A stretch of DNA of 64,000 nucleotides, from positions 85,128,001 to 85,192,000 of the forward strand of contig NC_087437.1 of NCBI RefSeq assembly GCF_036321535.1, written 5' to 3'. A program made the position numbers and the translations under genes. Below are positions 13,961-28,135 of this stretch, piece after piece. The DNA comes from Camelus dromedarius (taxonomy: Eukaryota). The notes under the pieces were generated by a model that was not told the origin of the DNA, made no database searches, and saw nothing but the letters and a program-made list of their open reading frames with translations. Positions within the stretch are counted from its first letter, which is position 1; every line of letters starts with the position of its first letter.

Positions 13961-15383
13961 GATTTTGACCTTGTTTCACCAATTTACTTTTCTTCTTTAA
14001 TTTCAATATTTCATTAATTAGAAGTCGTAAGTGCCCAATGCAATCATATTTTTAAACATGATAGCCAAACACAATCTAATTTATACATATCAAATTATAA
14101 CACTTCATATTGAAAATGACATACTTTAAAGCAAATATGTTTTTTGAATAAATATATTTCTTTGTAGCAATGAATTATGACAAACAGTATAATTCTGCAT
14201 TGTAATGTGGTCATATCACATACTACCCATTGAACACTGAGTATCTGAAATTAATCATTGCACCTGCTTAATTAATTATGTAAACTCACTTTGACTTTCT
14301 AAAAGCAGATATTTATAGAAATTTAGAGATTTGTACTGTCATTGTGTCTTTGTAATTTCCAAACTTTCAAAATGAAATGCTCTGCTGCAGCTTTCTCAGC
14401 ATTGTTTATACTATCTGCTCTAGTCCCAGGCAATGAAAGTGTGGTGAATTCACAATATAATCCACTTAAAAGCTTGACTGTGTAATAATATAAGAAACTA
14501 AAAAATTATGTAAGAGAGATGGTGAAAAAGACTACTTTGTATGAAAAACTAACATTTAGCATATTTGGCTTTGTTTACTTTCTCTGGGTTACCTAACTGT
14601 GGCAAAGGAAATTTAATAGATTATATAGATGCTTTATCAATTTTAATGAGCACATTTATTTTTCAGACTAGAAAAGCATTTTTATTTTTAGCACTGAACT
14701 CAAAGAGAAATATACTGTATTAATTTTATATAAAGTTTTAAATAATACAATTAACACTGTTTCTAATCACAATTTTACAAAAGATTCATACATATTCCAC
14801 TTATTAAAATTTTGCATAACTTCTGACAATATCTGTGACTATGTTAAATTATAAATTCATAAACACATTTTCCTAAAATTGTGTAGTGTATATATGTAGC
14901 TCTGGGATCTAATTTATTAGAAGGTCAGGTTTAATTTAATGTAGTGGAAGAACTGATGGTTGGCATGACCATTTGGCAATTCTTTTCAGCGATCATTTGT
15001 TTCTAGGTGCCATTGCAAGCATGCTTTATGATTCAGTGGTATTATTTCCATTAACATACTGTAGTCAAAGAGTTCATTCTAATAGAAAATTAACACTGAT
15101 TCATAAGTTTGTACTTCATTATTGTCTAATAAAAGTAATATTATAAAAATAGTAAGTGGCCCCTCCACTGAGTCTACTCTCTTGTCCCACCAAACAACAA
15201 ATATTTCTATAGGATTATCAAATTCTATACTTTATTTATTCAATTATTTTCTCAGTCAATATCATAATTTTCATTATGGACCATTATAATGCCATTGATT
15301 TCTTTATTTTTTTCCCTTCAAAATTGATTTTTCTGACCTTCTTCTGTTTACCAATTCTTTCTTTACACCCATACACTAGCTCC

Positions 15384-15728
15384 TGTGGTGCTTAGACTAA
15401 TGGCTCGCAATTGAAACCTTCCAGAAGATGGTCCCTGGGAAAACGAGGTCACCTTTCCTGGAAGTGCCTGAGAGTTACACCCATTCACCCTCATTCCTGA
15501 TGGTCTGTGTTCAGTGACATACTGATGCATTGACTGACTACACTAGGGCCTATAATCCCTGTCCCCTTATCTCAAGGTGGGAGCCTCTCTGGAGCCCCCG
15601 GTGAGACAAGAATGAAGCTGATCTTCACCTAAAATCCCATTCTCAAGCAGCTTCTTCCCCTTCTTTATTCTTCTTCCCTAAACAGTTTCCATCTTAGGCC
15701 CTGAACTTAGTGAATCCATCTTAAGACA
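15384..15728 (+). mobile_element. LTR16-like (ERVL) old LTR
   Basis: tgtgg start, ataatccctgtccccttatctcaaggtggga motif, and ttaagaca end are typical of the LTR16 group. Confidence 0.55.
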
Positions 15729-15824
15729 GTAGTATTATGAAAGATTTGACTGTATTTCTCTGTTACCCTTTTTACCTTATTATGATGAATGTTTCATACA
15801 TCAGGCCAAGTTATCTTTCAAAAA

Positions 15825-16405
15825 ATAAAATCAGAGCAAAGTCACTTCTCTGAAGAAAAAATCCCATTACACTGAGAATGATATAAAACGTTCTCATCGT
15901 GATTCATAAGGACTGATAAAGCAAACGTGGCTCCTGGTTAATTCTCTGCAGTAATTTCCTAGTATTATTTTAATTCCTAAAACCCTATCTACAAATGTTG
16001 TTGTCTTGTTGTTTCTGAAACACCGGAAGCTTATTCCTGCCTTGGGTCATTTGCATTATACAAAGTAAACTCTTTTCCAGGATTTTTTCCTCTTTACTTC
16101 TGACTACATATTTCTCAGAATGCCTTCTCATCACTCAGATCTCTCCTTAAATGTCACTTTAGACTGGACTCCCTTGAGTGCAGTATCCAACTTGCTCCAT
16201 TATATCTAGTGATATCTTTCTCATTTTCCTGCAATTGTATTGCAATCACCACTATTTAACAGAATAGTTTATAGTTTTATTACATCTTTCTTCATTAGAA
16301 TGTTGGGAAGATTGTTTATTTTACATACACCACATCCCCAAATCCCAGTTAGTGCTTTATGTAGCATAAGCAACCAGTGCATTTTGTGGAATAAATGAAT
16401 GGCTT
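15825..16405 (+). mobile_element. L2 3' end
   Basis: gtcacttctctg...ttcctgccttgggtcatttgca...ctcagatctctccttaaatgtcac, ending tgtggaataaatgaatgg (L2 tail). Confidence 0.7.
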
Positions 16406-19400
16406 AGCATTAACTGAGTGACTTAAGTAGATTTTAAATATTAAAAATTGTTTTGATTTAGAGACTTGAAACCAAATAAATTTTCACCCTGTCCATATTT
16501 AGTATCTTCTTTTTCATTATAATCTTTCTTCTTGCTTTTGTGTTTACACACAAAAGCGTATGGGGACATGGAGGGAACATAATTTATTCTACTTGTAAAA
16601 TCAAATATAATCATTATGGTGATGTGAGTAGTTATTTCTGTATCCACAGAGTAGATACATAGAGAGAGAATATTAACTAATAATCTGTAAAAAAAAAATT
16701 GTTGTTAAATTCAATAACATAACTTTTTCCCTATTACTGCAGTAAAAATATCAGCGTTTGCCTACTTTACTGTATTTTGAAGTATTAGTAGGAAATAAAA
16801 TCCAGTTGTTACTTTATCAATTTGTAATATCCCCACACTTGATGAAAAAAATCTTTCTCTAAGAATATCTGTTCTACTTTACTTTAAGCATTTTCTCTGT
16901 AAATACAGTAACTATCATCATAAATTATTTATAATGCCATTGATTTATTATTTCTTACTAGTATCTTTTATTTTTCCTTTGAAGTGTATTTTTCTGGCTT
17001 GCTGGTTCAAGATGGCATATTGATCCATACATATATGTATCCAATCACTGCAAAATTAGTGCAATGACAAAGGCAAATGAGGACTTGAAAATATATAATA
17101 ATATCATACACAATCAAGGGAAATTGAAGACCACTTACCCTTTAGCATGGGATTTGTCTACAAAATGATCTCTTTGGGTTTAGGTAACTCTTCCCTCCTC
17201 ATCACCTTTTAATGCAAGGAATCTGAAGGACATTAAATAACAACATTTATAAATTGTTAGCCAACTCTATAAAGAAAAGGCCCTTGCAGATTAGGAAATC
17301 TGATTACATATATACAACATCTACTCTGACCCATCTGGAGTTTTCATAAATGATCAAATGGAAATGGATTTTTTACCTACATTGGTTCTTTATATTTATG
17401 GCACTCTAGATGACTCATCCAATTATTCATAAGCCTTTGTCTGTAAAAGTTTGAAGTGGTAATTTAAACTAATGTGAATATATGTTTGGTATATACAATA
17501 TACACATGTAAATAGTCTTTTAACCTTACTGGGTATATCAACGTGGCACTACTTAGACAGGCATGAAAGTGAAATATATAAAGATCACTTCTCTTCCACC
17601 TAAGGTGAATTTCATGAAATGGATTAATATTTGAGTTTCCCTTATGATTAAGAAAATGAGTATGAAGTACAACGTTTAAATTATACTTTATATGGGAATT
17701 CCCTTTGTAACATATCATGATAAACTGAGACTAGAGTAGAAAATTACCATTCTAACAGAAGCAAAATCATTTATTTTACCCTAACAGGATATCCTTAGTT
17801 CATGAGAATATGCTATTGTTCTTTAAGCTGAGGAGATTGACTTTCATAAGAGAGATTTTCTCGAAATTAATTCTTCTCAGGTTTATGCCACTCTGTATGC
17901 CCTTGCTATCTTTTTCTAACCAAGTACTATAATTTCAGGCTATTTAACTGCATTCATAGTTTTCATCTATTATATTTATTTTTAACTAGCTGAGTTATCA
18001 TTTAAATAAGTTTTTAGTCAATATGAAGAATGCTGATAAAATAGTATTTTTCAATTTTTTCATTATAATTATGTTTTAAAATAACTGTACACTGAATTTT
18101 TATGTTAACCTACAGAATTAGAGATGTCATAATTTCTGTGATTTTTGTTTTAAGGTAATGTATGTTTTTGCTCTAAATCATGCTTTGCTTTGGCTCTAAT
18201 TCATTTTAAGCGATTTGTTTTTGCAATACTCAATATATTACCATGACAAAGTATCAGTATTTCCTAGGCCCTTTGGAAGGTACATGATATTTATAAGAAT
18301 TTCACCTAACTTTCAAATGACAAGGCCTACGTGTTGTTCCCCTTTGAATCTGGTTTAAGGGATGAATAAGTCAAAACATATCAAATTGTATTCTTTCAAC
18401 ATGTGCAATAAATGTAAGTAAATTAACAACTCTGTAAAGAGGTTAAAAAGTATGAAATAGAAGGTTGCGTCTTGATGTATGAAATAAATTTAAGCGGGAA
18501 TAACTGAAGTGAGTCTAGATTCATAATCTAAACTAGAACTTCTTTTGCAAGTCCTCTTTGTACTTCACATACTAAAATGCAAGTAGCTTTGAAGGAAATG
18601 ATGAGGAGTTCTGCCCAAGATATTGCATTTAGAATACAATCCTGACTTTGAATGAAAAATAAATTAGGTACACTCTGGAATGTTATGGAAAGCAATGGCA
18701 AAGAGGCACTGTGAACATTAAGCAGGAAGTGAGTCTAAGTAAGAGAGAGCCGCAAATATTTACTCCTTACTGTTAGCACCACAGAGTGGTTGATTCTATT
18801 GGATACAAGATAATATACTATTCCAGAAGATTTAAGAAAAATGATTTTTAAAAATAGAATATGGCTGCTTGGATAATAGAAAAAACATTTTCTTTATTTG
18901 CATCTCTCTGATATCATATACACTAAAAGATCATCTGTGTATATGAAGTATGTTCTGATAACTTCTACATCATGAAACACTGCAAATATTAGAGATTCAG
19001 ATTAAGTATAGCTCCTTTTTTATTTTTTAACCAAACATGAAACCCAATAATAGAATGTCACACTTGTACAAACAGAATCTGGAAAATTAGCACTGTGTAT
19101 TTCAGTTTGTCACTTGTCAACAGCTATGCCTTTCAGCAAAATAAAATTTAAAAACTGAAAAGTATTTATGAAAGATGAGTAAAGAGCTCCAAGTTGTGTA
19201 AACTGAAAAGTTTTGTGAAATTCAGTAATAAGACTGTCTGAGTTATTAAAGACATATGCCTGCAAAATCATTTTATTTTTTTAAAATTTTGTCAGATAAA
19301 TCAGTTTAACAAATATTTTAAATGTGTTTTGAGCGTATCAAGTAGTTGATTGCAGTTTCTTTAAACTATATAATAATTTTGATAATTTCAATTTTTCATT

Positions 19401-19559
19401 AAAAGCATGTATCTCAGTTTTAAAATGTTTTCTTTGAAATCTCTGAAATTTTTGAATTTTCCTTGTAGAAAATTCACTTTTTAAATTAATTTCATTCACT
19501 TTTAAATTAATTGTTTCTGTTTTTAAGCTTTTGTCAGTACACATTTTTTTTAGTATTCA

Positions 19560-19900
19560 TTAGTTTCATGTTGAAAAGTATAAATACAATTAAGTTTTAA
19601 TATTGATGTTATATCCTGTGACCTTGATAAATTTACATCATAATTTTGATAATTTATTTTTCATATTATTTGGAGTTTTCCATGTTTACAATCATGCCAT
19701 CCAAAAAATGGATTTTCTCTTTAAATTCCAATCTTTATGATTTTTTTCTTGCCTTACTTCATTTCATTTGCTAGGAATTCCAGTGCATATGGTCAAATAA
19801 AACACATGACACTGGACATCTTTTCCTAATTTCCAAACTTGGGCAAAACAGTTTGCTTCACCATTAAATATAATGTCATCTGTAGGATTTTCATGTTTTT
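19560..19900 (-). mobile_element. Old L1 ORF2 fragment (RT region)
   Basis: tatatcctgtgaccttgataaattt...tacaatcatgccatcc...ggacatc...caccattaaatataatgt correspond to reversed L1 RT-region sequence. Confidence 0.65.
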
Positions 19901-20289
19901 TTTTCATGGAAATTAACTTTAAAAAAATAGTTACTTACTTAGAATTATTTTCATACAAACACTTTATAAAGTTTTGGGGTAGTAGTAAATACGTATATCA
20001 AGAATTTATGATTTACTAAAAAAAAAGAGTAAGAGACAAAGAATATTTACTTGACTAATATATGGTTCTTCTATGACTGGGAAGTTTTTGTAATTCTCTA
20101 AATTTTGAGATTTTCTCATGTTTATTAATATTATTGGTTAATAAACATTATATAAACAAACCTAATAACAATATAGTCCCCAATCACAATAATTTTTATA
20201 ATGGTAATTATAGCAAAAATTTCAACATAAATTATCCTTAAAGAGAACTTTAAAATTTGAAGAATTCCAAACTGACCCCAGCAGATAAC

Positions 20290-20710
20290 TGTCAATACTC
20301 CCCTATAATCCTCTTCAATCACCAACACTTGAGTCTTTGTGCTTGTGTACTGTCCTCAGGGTACCAGGAACTGTTCTCCCTATGGGCAGCAAGAGTGGAA
20401 ATCCCTGGGCAGTAACACCTTTCCACCTCTTACCTTAGCTCTTAAACAATGCCTGGAGGGTGAGGAAGGATTAGCATACTGTTGCCCCTACCCCCTGATG
20501 GGGACAACTTGATCTTCATGGTCTCCAGAACTCCCAGATGCTTGCTTCCCTGAAATAGTGAGTCCAAGTTAACTTCATGGTACTTTGGCTTCCTTCCCTT
20601 CCCAAGGCCCATACTTTCTACGACTTTTAACTGAGAAGGAAATCCTTAAAGAAATCATTTTCACATGAATCATGTATCAGTGTTAGTTTCTGGAGACTCA
20701 ACCTGAGACT
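20290..20710 (+). mobile_element. LTR16-like (ERVL) old LTR
   Basis: Locally GC-richer block ending cacatgaatcatgtatcagtgttagtttctggagactcaacctgagac, an LTR16-type 3' end. Confidence 0.55.
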
Positions 20711-22589
20711 GTGGCCATCTTTACTTTTTAGCTAATAAGCAGGCTAGTCATATGTACCAACAATGGATTGGTGTTTTCCATCAATCCTTATTTTGCTAAG
20801 TTCAGTGCTTTTGATGCTTAACTAGACTACCCTATTTTATGTATTTGTTTAAAAAAAATGGACTGATGGCAGGGGTAGAAAAAAATGACCATCTAATAAC
20901 ATTTATACATTAGCTAATCAACTTGTGTTGCAGTTGTTAATGTTATCAAGAAATTATTATGTAATTTAACAGTCTCAGAATGAATGGAGAGAGAACGTTT
21001 TCTTCTCTGTGCTCCAAATTGCTCTCTAATTACTTTAAATTCTTGGTTTATGAAATTGTTCTTTCTATTTGACTGTTACTTGGAAGCCAGCATAATGTTT
21101 CATTTATTTTGAATTCAGTACATCTTTTTTTTTAATCTTTTTTTTTAATCAATAAAGACATAAATGAATAGAGTAGGTCAGGATTTGTGGCTTATGTATA
21201 GTCTTGAGCAGTAACAGACAAAATTGAGTCTCAAAGTCATAAATCTAGAATCAAAACAATTCACAGTAAAGGGGATGTTTGGTCAGCTCTTTGCTGCTTC
21301 TTCAAATAGATATTACCTAAAACTATAATAAAACCAGAGTAAATGAAATCTTTTTTTCCCTTATCTTTATACTAACAAATGCTCAGTGGTAAACCTCATC
21401 TATATGTGTTTTGGCTTTAGTGATGTATCTTCATACTACTTTTAGAACTGAAAATTGATAGAATGTGTTTTGATGACAAAAGTTTGACTTGTCTTAGTTT
21501 TTGACTAGCATCTATGTTGGAGGTAATAAAATAGCAGCAGAAAGTAAGAACTCAGATCATTCAGTATTTCCATAGTGCATCTCTGGTTCCGGTGATATTG
21601 CCAAAGCATCCTAACAAACTGACAGTAAGCTAAGCTAATTTTAAGCTGTAAGATAATGTCATTTGAAAGCCAACAGAATGTCAGGATCGTTGTATATCAT
21701 GAAGCTGAATTGAGTCATGGGGAAAAATCTTTTAAGTGGGAGGAAGAGAAATAATTCTGAAAATAGTATTTTAATTTTCTACAAAAATATGGATTGACTT
21801 TACAGTGGAATCAAACTTTTCTGACTTTATCTTATAAAGGTACACATATATTTGTATTATAAATTATATTTAAGAGTCAGTATACCTCTTCTTTTACATT
21901 GTAGTTACATAATAAATTTTTCATGCAGCAAACCAAAATGCCCCATTATCCACTTTTCTATTTATATTGAAGTATCATTTTTGTAACAGTCGAGCGCTGC
22001 GTAATACACTTCTTTATTACAGTATAAAATTTCCATAATTGGAATACCAATTTAACTCTAATCTTTTTTTAATTGAAAGTATGTGAACTATAAAATAGCA
22101 AAATAGAATATATCTTCAAGAGATTCTCTTTTATCTTTCTGTGCATAAAAAAGCCCTCCCAACACTAATTAGCAATTGTGTTAATAGCTTTGGGAACATT
22201 TAAAGCACTAAAATTTTTGGTAGAACTTAGAAATAATGGCAGCTATTTTACAGATTTGTAAATTTGCTGATCAGTATTAGATTTTAGTGAGTAATTCTAG
22301 TTGAAAGAGTGAATAAATAATATTTATGTATGGAACAAGTTAAGATTGTATTACAGAAGTTATACCCGCTATCTAATATGTCCTTTAAGCTGTCCTAGAT
22401 TTTGTACTTTTATATGTAAAAAAGAATCATTAGCAAAAAGTGTTCAACTGTGCAAGTTTACAAGTGTACACACATACATTTATATATTCAAAATTGTAAA
22501 CAATATGCCTGTTGTAGGTTCAAATATTTCTAAAAGCAATGATGTTTAACTATTTATGTAATCCTGTCTAAAGCAATACTCAAAAAGTC

Positions 22590-23090
22590 CACTCTCAAGG
22601 CACAGTATGATCTAACCTTTTTCTAACTACATCTCCCCCTTCTCTGCCTAGTGATCTGTGCTTGCTTCTAGCCTGCTTCACTGCCTCCTTTCTCTTCCCA
22701 GAAGTTGTGGAACATTTACTTTGTCTTGGGACATTTTCACTAGCCATCCCTCCTGTTTGGAACAGTATTTCCTGAGACAAAGCCACAACTCTGTCACTTC
22801 TCAATGAAAGTTTTCTCAACCCTTATATCTAAAATTATAACCTGTTATTTGCTCCCCACATTTCCAAATTATTTTGCCATGCTGTTTTTCTATAGCACTT
22901 ATCTTCCTTTTACATACTGTAAAATTTATGTATTCATTATGTTCATTGCTTATCTGTTTGCCCTACTCACTAGAATGTAGCTCTGCGAAAATAGGGTTCA
23001 TTTTAAACAAATATACCACAAAATCTGAATACACTGCTCTGTACATAGTAGCTGTGCAAATAAATATCAAGTGAATAACTGAATTGAAAA
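22590..23090 (+). mobile_element. L2 3' end
   Basis: actagaatgtagctct...aaataaatatcaagtgaataactgaat L2-type terminus preceded by a pyrimidine-rich body. Confidence 0.7.
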
Positions 23091-24420
23091 AATAAGCAGA
23101 TAAAAGCAGCAAAGCTTGAATCAAACAATAAATAATATAAATATGATGATATCCTACATCTTTGTGATGCTAAGGACTTGATATAATGTTAACCTCCTAG
23201 GTCCATAAGGATGTTCATGAACTAAAGGTAAATATAATATATTTTCAGACTGAGGTTATTCACTTACTTTCCTATACATTCATTTCTGATTAATAATTCA
23301 TTTCACGATTAATCAACTATGTATCATTAGAAAACAGTGTGGGGAACAAGGTTTCCCTTTCATTGTGTTTTGATCTATAAGTTGATGATTGAAGAGACTA
23401 CTTGTACATTGAGGAGTCCTTGAATACTTTAATTATGGATGTGCTACCATGAAATTCTTTCCTGAGGATGTGAAGCTACTTTCACATTTTTCTAACTGGA
23501 AATATTCCACAGTAAATTAAGGATGCCCAATCCTGTTTCAATTCCTTTTGTGGTTAATGGCAGTATATGATTCATGTACAGTGAATCACAAGATGACAAA
23601 GAAGTAATTTTTGATAAGAATGTGGAAGATAACTTTGAGATACGAGAAAACAAGTATGCCAGTTGAGAGAAAGTGTTTGAAAAGGTCTGAAGACTTAAAA
23701 AGGCATGATGTGGTCAGGGAATGGTCAATTCTCCAGTAGAATTGGTTCCTCTGGTGCTTGCTAAGAAGCAGTGGAAAATTAATCAGGAAAAATAAAATAT
23801 GAGAAGAACTTTATGCCAAGCTAAACTTGGATTTATATGAGTGTTTTTAAGCACAAAAAAAGTGAGAACTAGTTGGATAGAACTTGAAACAAAAATGTTA
23901 TTTTTGACAAGCATTTTTTTCATTACATTGCATGTATTTTGTGTGAGAATTTTATTTGTGCATGTTTGTATATGTTGGATATAAAAAGCTAAACTAGAAT
24001 AAAGGTGTAAGGCACATTTAAATACAAAATTTCAAATGTAATATATTTCTACATAAAAAATAACATTCTTTCATTTTTGTCCATTGGAAACCTAGGTTTT
24101 ATTCAAACCTAAAACTTACAATACTGCAGTTAGTGTTTGCTAAATTGATGCACAAATTTCAAGAAACTTATATGGGGTTATAAACCATAAAATGTAGTGG
24201 TATAAAGAAACATTTAAAACTTATTATTTAGCACAGTAGAGTGCTTTTCAAGTTGATTTTAATGGACAATCTGGAAGTTGTTAGACAATCATTAAGTTGC
24301 TAGATGACGTGTTGGTGTCTCTATTCTTTTCATTAGCTAATAGTAGAATATTTAATACACATTGTTAGTTTGATCTTTTGACTACACAAAATTATTTCAC
24401 AGTTACTAAACACTGAAAAG

Positions 24421-24687
24421 TATTTTTATATTATTTATTTTATCTGGTGAGAGAACCTTTCCTCTTTCACAGCTTGCAGGGACACAAGTTCTGTCCTGAT
24501 TCTTTTTCTTTTTTTATCCTACCAAGTTATGTGGTATATTTCTTGTAGTTTGGATTATAAGAGATCGTCTACCAGAGTTCAGTAGGTATTCTGTGAGAAT
24601 TGTTCCATGTGTAGATGTATGTGGGATGTATTTGTGAGAGGAAGTGATCTTCACATCCTTCTTTTCTGCCATTTTGATCCAAACTCC
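24421..24687 (-). mobile_element. Isolated L1 5'-UTR start (~240 nt) followed by an A-rich tract
   Basis: Minus strand reads ggatcaaaatggcagaaaagaaggatgtgaagatcacttcctctcacaaatacatc...gctgtgaaagaggaaagg; homologous to the L1 5' end at 37199-37305. Confidence 0.8.
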
Positions 24688-24689
24688 TT

Positions 24690-25782
24690 TTCATCCTCTC
24701 ACATTTTACAACCATATCAATAGGCCTCTGGTTTAAAAGCAGTGGATTACAGGTTAAATAACTATAAGGGAAAGAACTATCAGGTACAAATTCTGTTTTA
24801 GAAGAAGTTCTCAGAGACCCAAAAACAATAGGGGATACCAAGTGAGGACGCTAAAAGGAAATAAAATCTCAGGCATCTATAGGTTTATCAAACATAATAA
24901 AACACTCCTAGCCAGTAACACAAGTCCTAGCCAGATAAATATTGGCTATTTGTTAATATTTATTTATAAGAAAGGCCTTATTTACCTCAGTTCTTATTTC
25001 CAACAGAGGATATTCAACATTCAAGAAAAAATTACAAGGCATATTAAAAAGTTAGAACAAACAGTATAAACAAGGGAAGCATCAAAAATGGATTCAGTTG
25101 TAACACAGATTTTGAAATTGTTACACTGTTTAGACTAACTTGAGGAGAAGAAACTCCAGGGGATTCAGGGTTAGGATTTTCCCAACATTTTCTCGAGCTT
25201 TCTTTCAGAAATTCTTACATGAACTATCCAAGAGATTCTTACAGTGAATACATGAGACAAATCTTTCAGCTCTAGCGGGAGAAGCCAAGAGTAAACATTT
25301 TGAAACAAGCCTAGAGACTTCTCCGTAGCAAAGGACTACTCTCCAGTGCAAAGGAACTTAGCCAGCATATTCTGAAATTTGCTCTTGGAGTAGGGGGACA
25401 CTTCTTCCAACTCCAGCTTCTTCTAGTCTTTCTGCCTCACTAAAGTCATCAGGAGTCATGGCTTCACATGACTTCAGAAAAAAAAAATTGGAAATACAGC
25501 AGCTATGCAAAAAAATAGAGATTAGAGGGGGAAAATTGTGGGGAAACACTTGTGAAGGAGAGCGCTCTCAAACACAGGTGTAATAGTGACTAAGATATAA
25601 TCGTATTTATAGAATGTTCTTTTCTTCCCTTCAAAGTAACACCAAAACATCCATAGGGCTACAATATATATATAAATAAGAGTAGATTATAGCTAATGTC
25701 ACTCTCTCTGTGGATAAGTACATAAGGAAGTCAATATGGAAGATAAACCTAAGGATATTATAGGAGTTTGAAGCATCTGATA
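24690..25782 (+). mobile_element. Two adjacent old L1M 5'UTR/ORF1-start fragments
   Basis: cctagccagataaat...aaggccttatttacctcagtt...aaaaattacaaggcatattaaaaag are L1M-type motifs; a related segment recurs at ~25625-25782. Confidence 0.6.
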
Positions 25783-25783
25783 C

Positions 25784-25945
25784 TGTCAAAGAAAAAAATT
25801 GCACTGAATGGAGTTAAACAGGCAAGGAAGACTTTATTGCAATTGAGGAAAGAGACTGAACTCACCTCTGTTGACACAAAAGGCTTGAAAGTTTTTAAGC
25901 GCTGGGGTGAGTTAATGGAAAAGTAGCAGAGAATTTTATTTATTT
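25784..25945 (-). mobile_element. ERV1-like LTR fragment
   Basis: tgtcaaagaaaaaa...gagttaaacaggcaaggaagactttattgc is a reversed LTR 3' end with AATAAA on the minus strand. Confidence 0.55.
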
Positions 25946-25949
25946 GGGG

Positions 25950-28135
25950 ATTTATTCAAAGTAATCAAGACAGGTTCATCATTAAAAATGCAACCCATCA
26001 TGGCTTATGAATTGAAACAGAATAATCATTTGACAAAATTTAACACTCACTTGTGATAAAAACTCTAACCAAATATGAGTAGAAGGAGAGCTCCTCAACT
26101 TGATAGAGAATACCTACAAAATCCTACAGCTAAGATTTATACTTGATGGTGAGAGATTGGAAGTTTTATCTTGGTACCAGGAAAAAGCCAAGCATGTCCT
26201 ATCTCACCACTGCAATTCGACATTAGAAGCTGGAATTCTTAGCTAGTACAATAAAACACAAAAATAAATGTGTCCAAACTGAAAAGGAAGAAATAAAACT
26301 GCTTTTCTTTGCAGATGACCATATCATCTATGTAGAAAAGACCACATAATCTACAAAGCAAACAGAGAAACAAAAAAAGCTTCTGCAACTAAGCAAGTAG
26401 AACAAGACTATAGGATATAAGGTCAGTATGCTTTTTTTCCTTTTTTCTTTTTTTTTTTAATTGAAGTATAGTCAGTTACAATGTCTCAATACACTTTTAA
26501 AAGTCAATTAGTTTCCTATAAACTAGCAATGAACAATTTGAATTTGACATTAAAACAATATGATTTACAATCGCACCCCCAAAATAAAATACTATAAATC
26601 TAACAAAATGAGTGTAGAGTTTATAAGTGGAAAACTTCAAAACTGATTATAGTAATCAGATATCGAAATAAATGAAAATATTTTGTGTTCATGTATTGAA
26701 AGGCTCAATATTGTTAAGAGTTAATTCTTCCCAATTTGGATTTAAAGCAAGCAAAATCCCAGCAAGTTCTTTCACAGATACTGATAAATTCTTCTAAAAT
26801 TTATATGGAAACCAAGGAGCTAATAGACAACAGAAAATTGTCAAAAGAAACCAAATTTGAAGAACTCACCCTATCAGATTTCAAGACTTATTTTGAAGCT
26901 ACAACAATATTAGACAGTATAGTATTGGTCATACATGAAAGAATGGAAAGGATAGAGACCCTAGAAACAGATTAACACAGAGTTAATTAATGTGACAAAG
27001 CACAAAAATAAGTCAGTGGATAATGAATAATTTTCAAGAAAACATATGGAAAAATAAAAAAAAAGAGAGAAAATCTAGCCACAGACCTTATTCCTTCCAC
27101 ACAGTTTAACTCAAAATGCATCACAGAAGAAATTGTAAAATGCATAAACTTCTAGGAGAAAACGGTGTTGATCTTGGGTTTGATGATAAGTTTTTAGACG
27201 AAATAGCACGATCCATGAAAGAAAATAAATTGTTAAAATGGACTTTATGAAAATTAAAAAAATCTCTGTTCGTGAAAACACTATTAAGACAATACATGTT
27301 TTTTAGTAGGTTTATGAGTAAACAAACTATATTCATACTATGAGTTACTATTGAGCGACTGAAAAGACGTGTCTTATCAAGACACACAAAAACATGAATG
27401 AATCTTATGCATAATGTTATATAAAAGATTCCAGTCTGAAAAGGAAATACACTGTATAATTTCGTGTATAATGACATTTGTAACTTCTCACTCCTTAAGT
27501 ATGTATAGAGTAAGTCAGTAAGCTACACATACTGACTTTCTTTTTAAAAATGCCGTATAGAAAAAGAAAGAAAAGTTACTTTACAGAAACCAAACAAATA
27601 CTATCTCAGGAATGTGATCAGAGTCAACATGAAGAACGCTAAGTCATGTTGTTAGTGTGTTTCCTGATGTGGTGCGATGAGCATGGCACTTTACCTCTGT
27701 GGTCTTGATCTTTAAAACCCAAAACTCCAGTATAATCATGAGAAAAATATGAAACAAATCTTAATTGAGAGACATTCTACAAAACAGCTTACTATTACTT
27801 ATCAAATTTGTCAAGGGCATCAAAACTAGGGGAATCTGAAAAACTGTCACAACAAAAAGAAGCCTAAGAAGATATGATGACTGAATACAATGTTGTATTC
27901 TGGATGAGTTTTTGGAACCCAGAAAAAGACATTTGGTAAAAACTAAGGAGATCTGAGTAAAGTATGACCTTTAGTTAATAATAATGCATCTTTATTAATT
28001 CAGAAATGGTGTCAAATTTATCATATTAATATTAGATTCTAATAATAGTGGATACTGGATATAGGGTATATAGAAAATGTGCATTATCTTTTCTATAAGT
28101 CTACTATTCTAAGATTAAATGCTTATTTAAAAAGA
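25950..28135 (+). mobile_element. L1MC-like element, decayed ORF2 and 3'UTR
   Basis: gaagaaataaaactgcttttctttgcagatgac encodes the RT FADD motif; ORF 26736 has LTLSDFKTYFEAT; L1MC-type 3' end ttagttaataataatg...ttatttaaaaa. Confidence 0.85.
26432..26484 (-). mobile_element. Ultra-short L1 3'-terminal insertion
   Basis: Poly-T plus aattgaagtatagtcagttacaatgt, the reverse complement of the L1 terminus at 44830-44856. Confidence 0.8.

Noticed and set aside
20140..20330. A/C-skewed stretch resembling a mitochondrial insertion
   Set aside because: I could not align it to any mitochondrial gene, tRNA or control-region motif.
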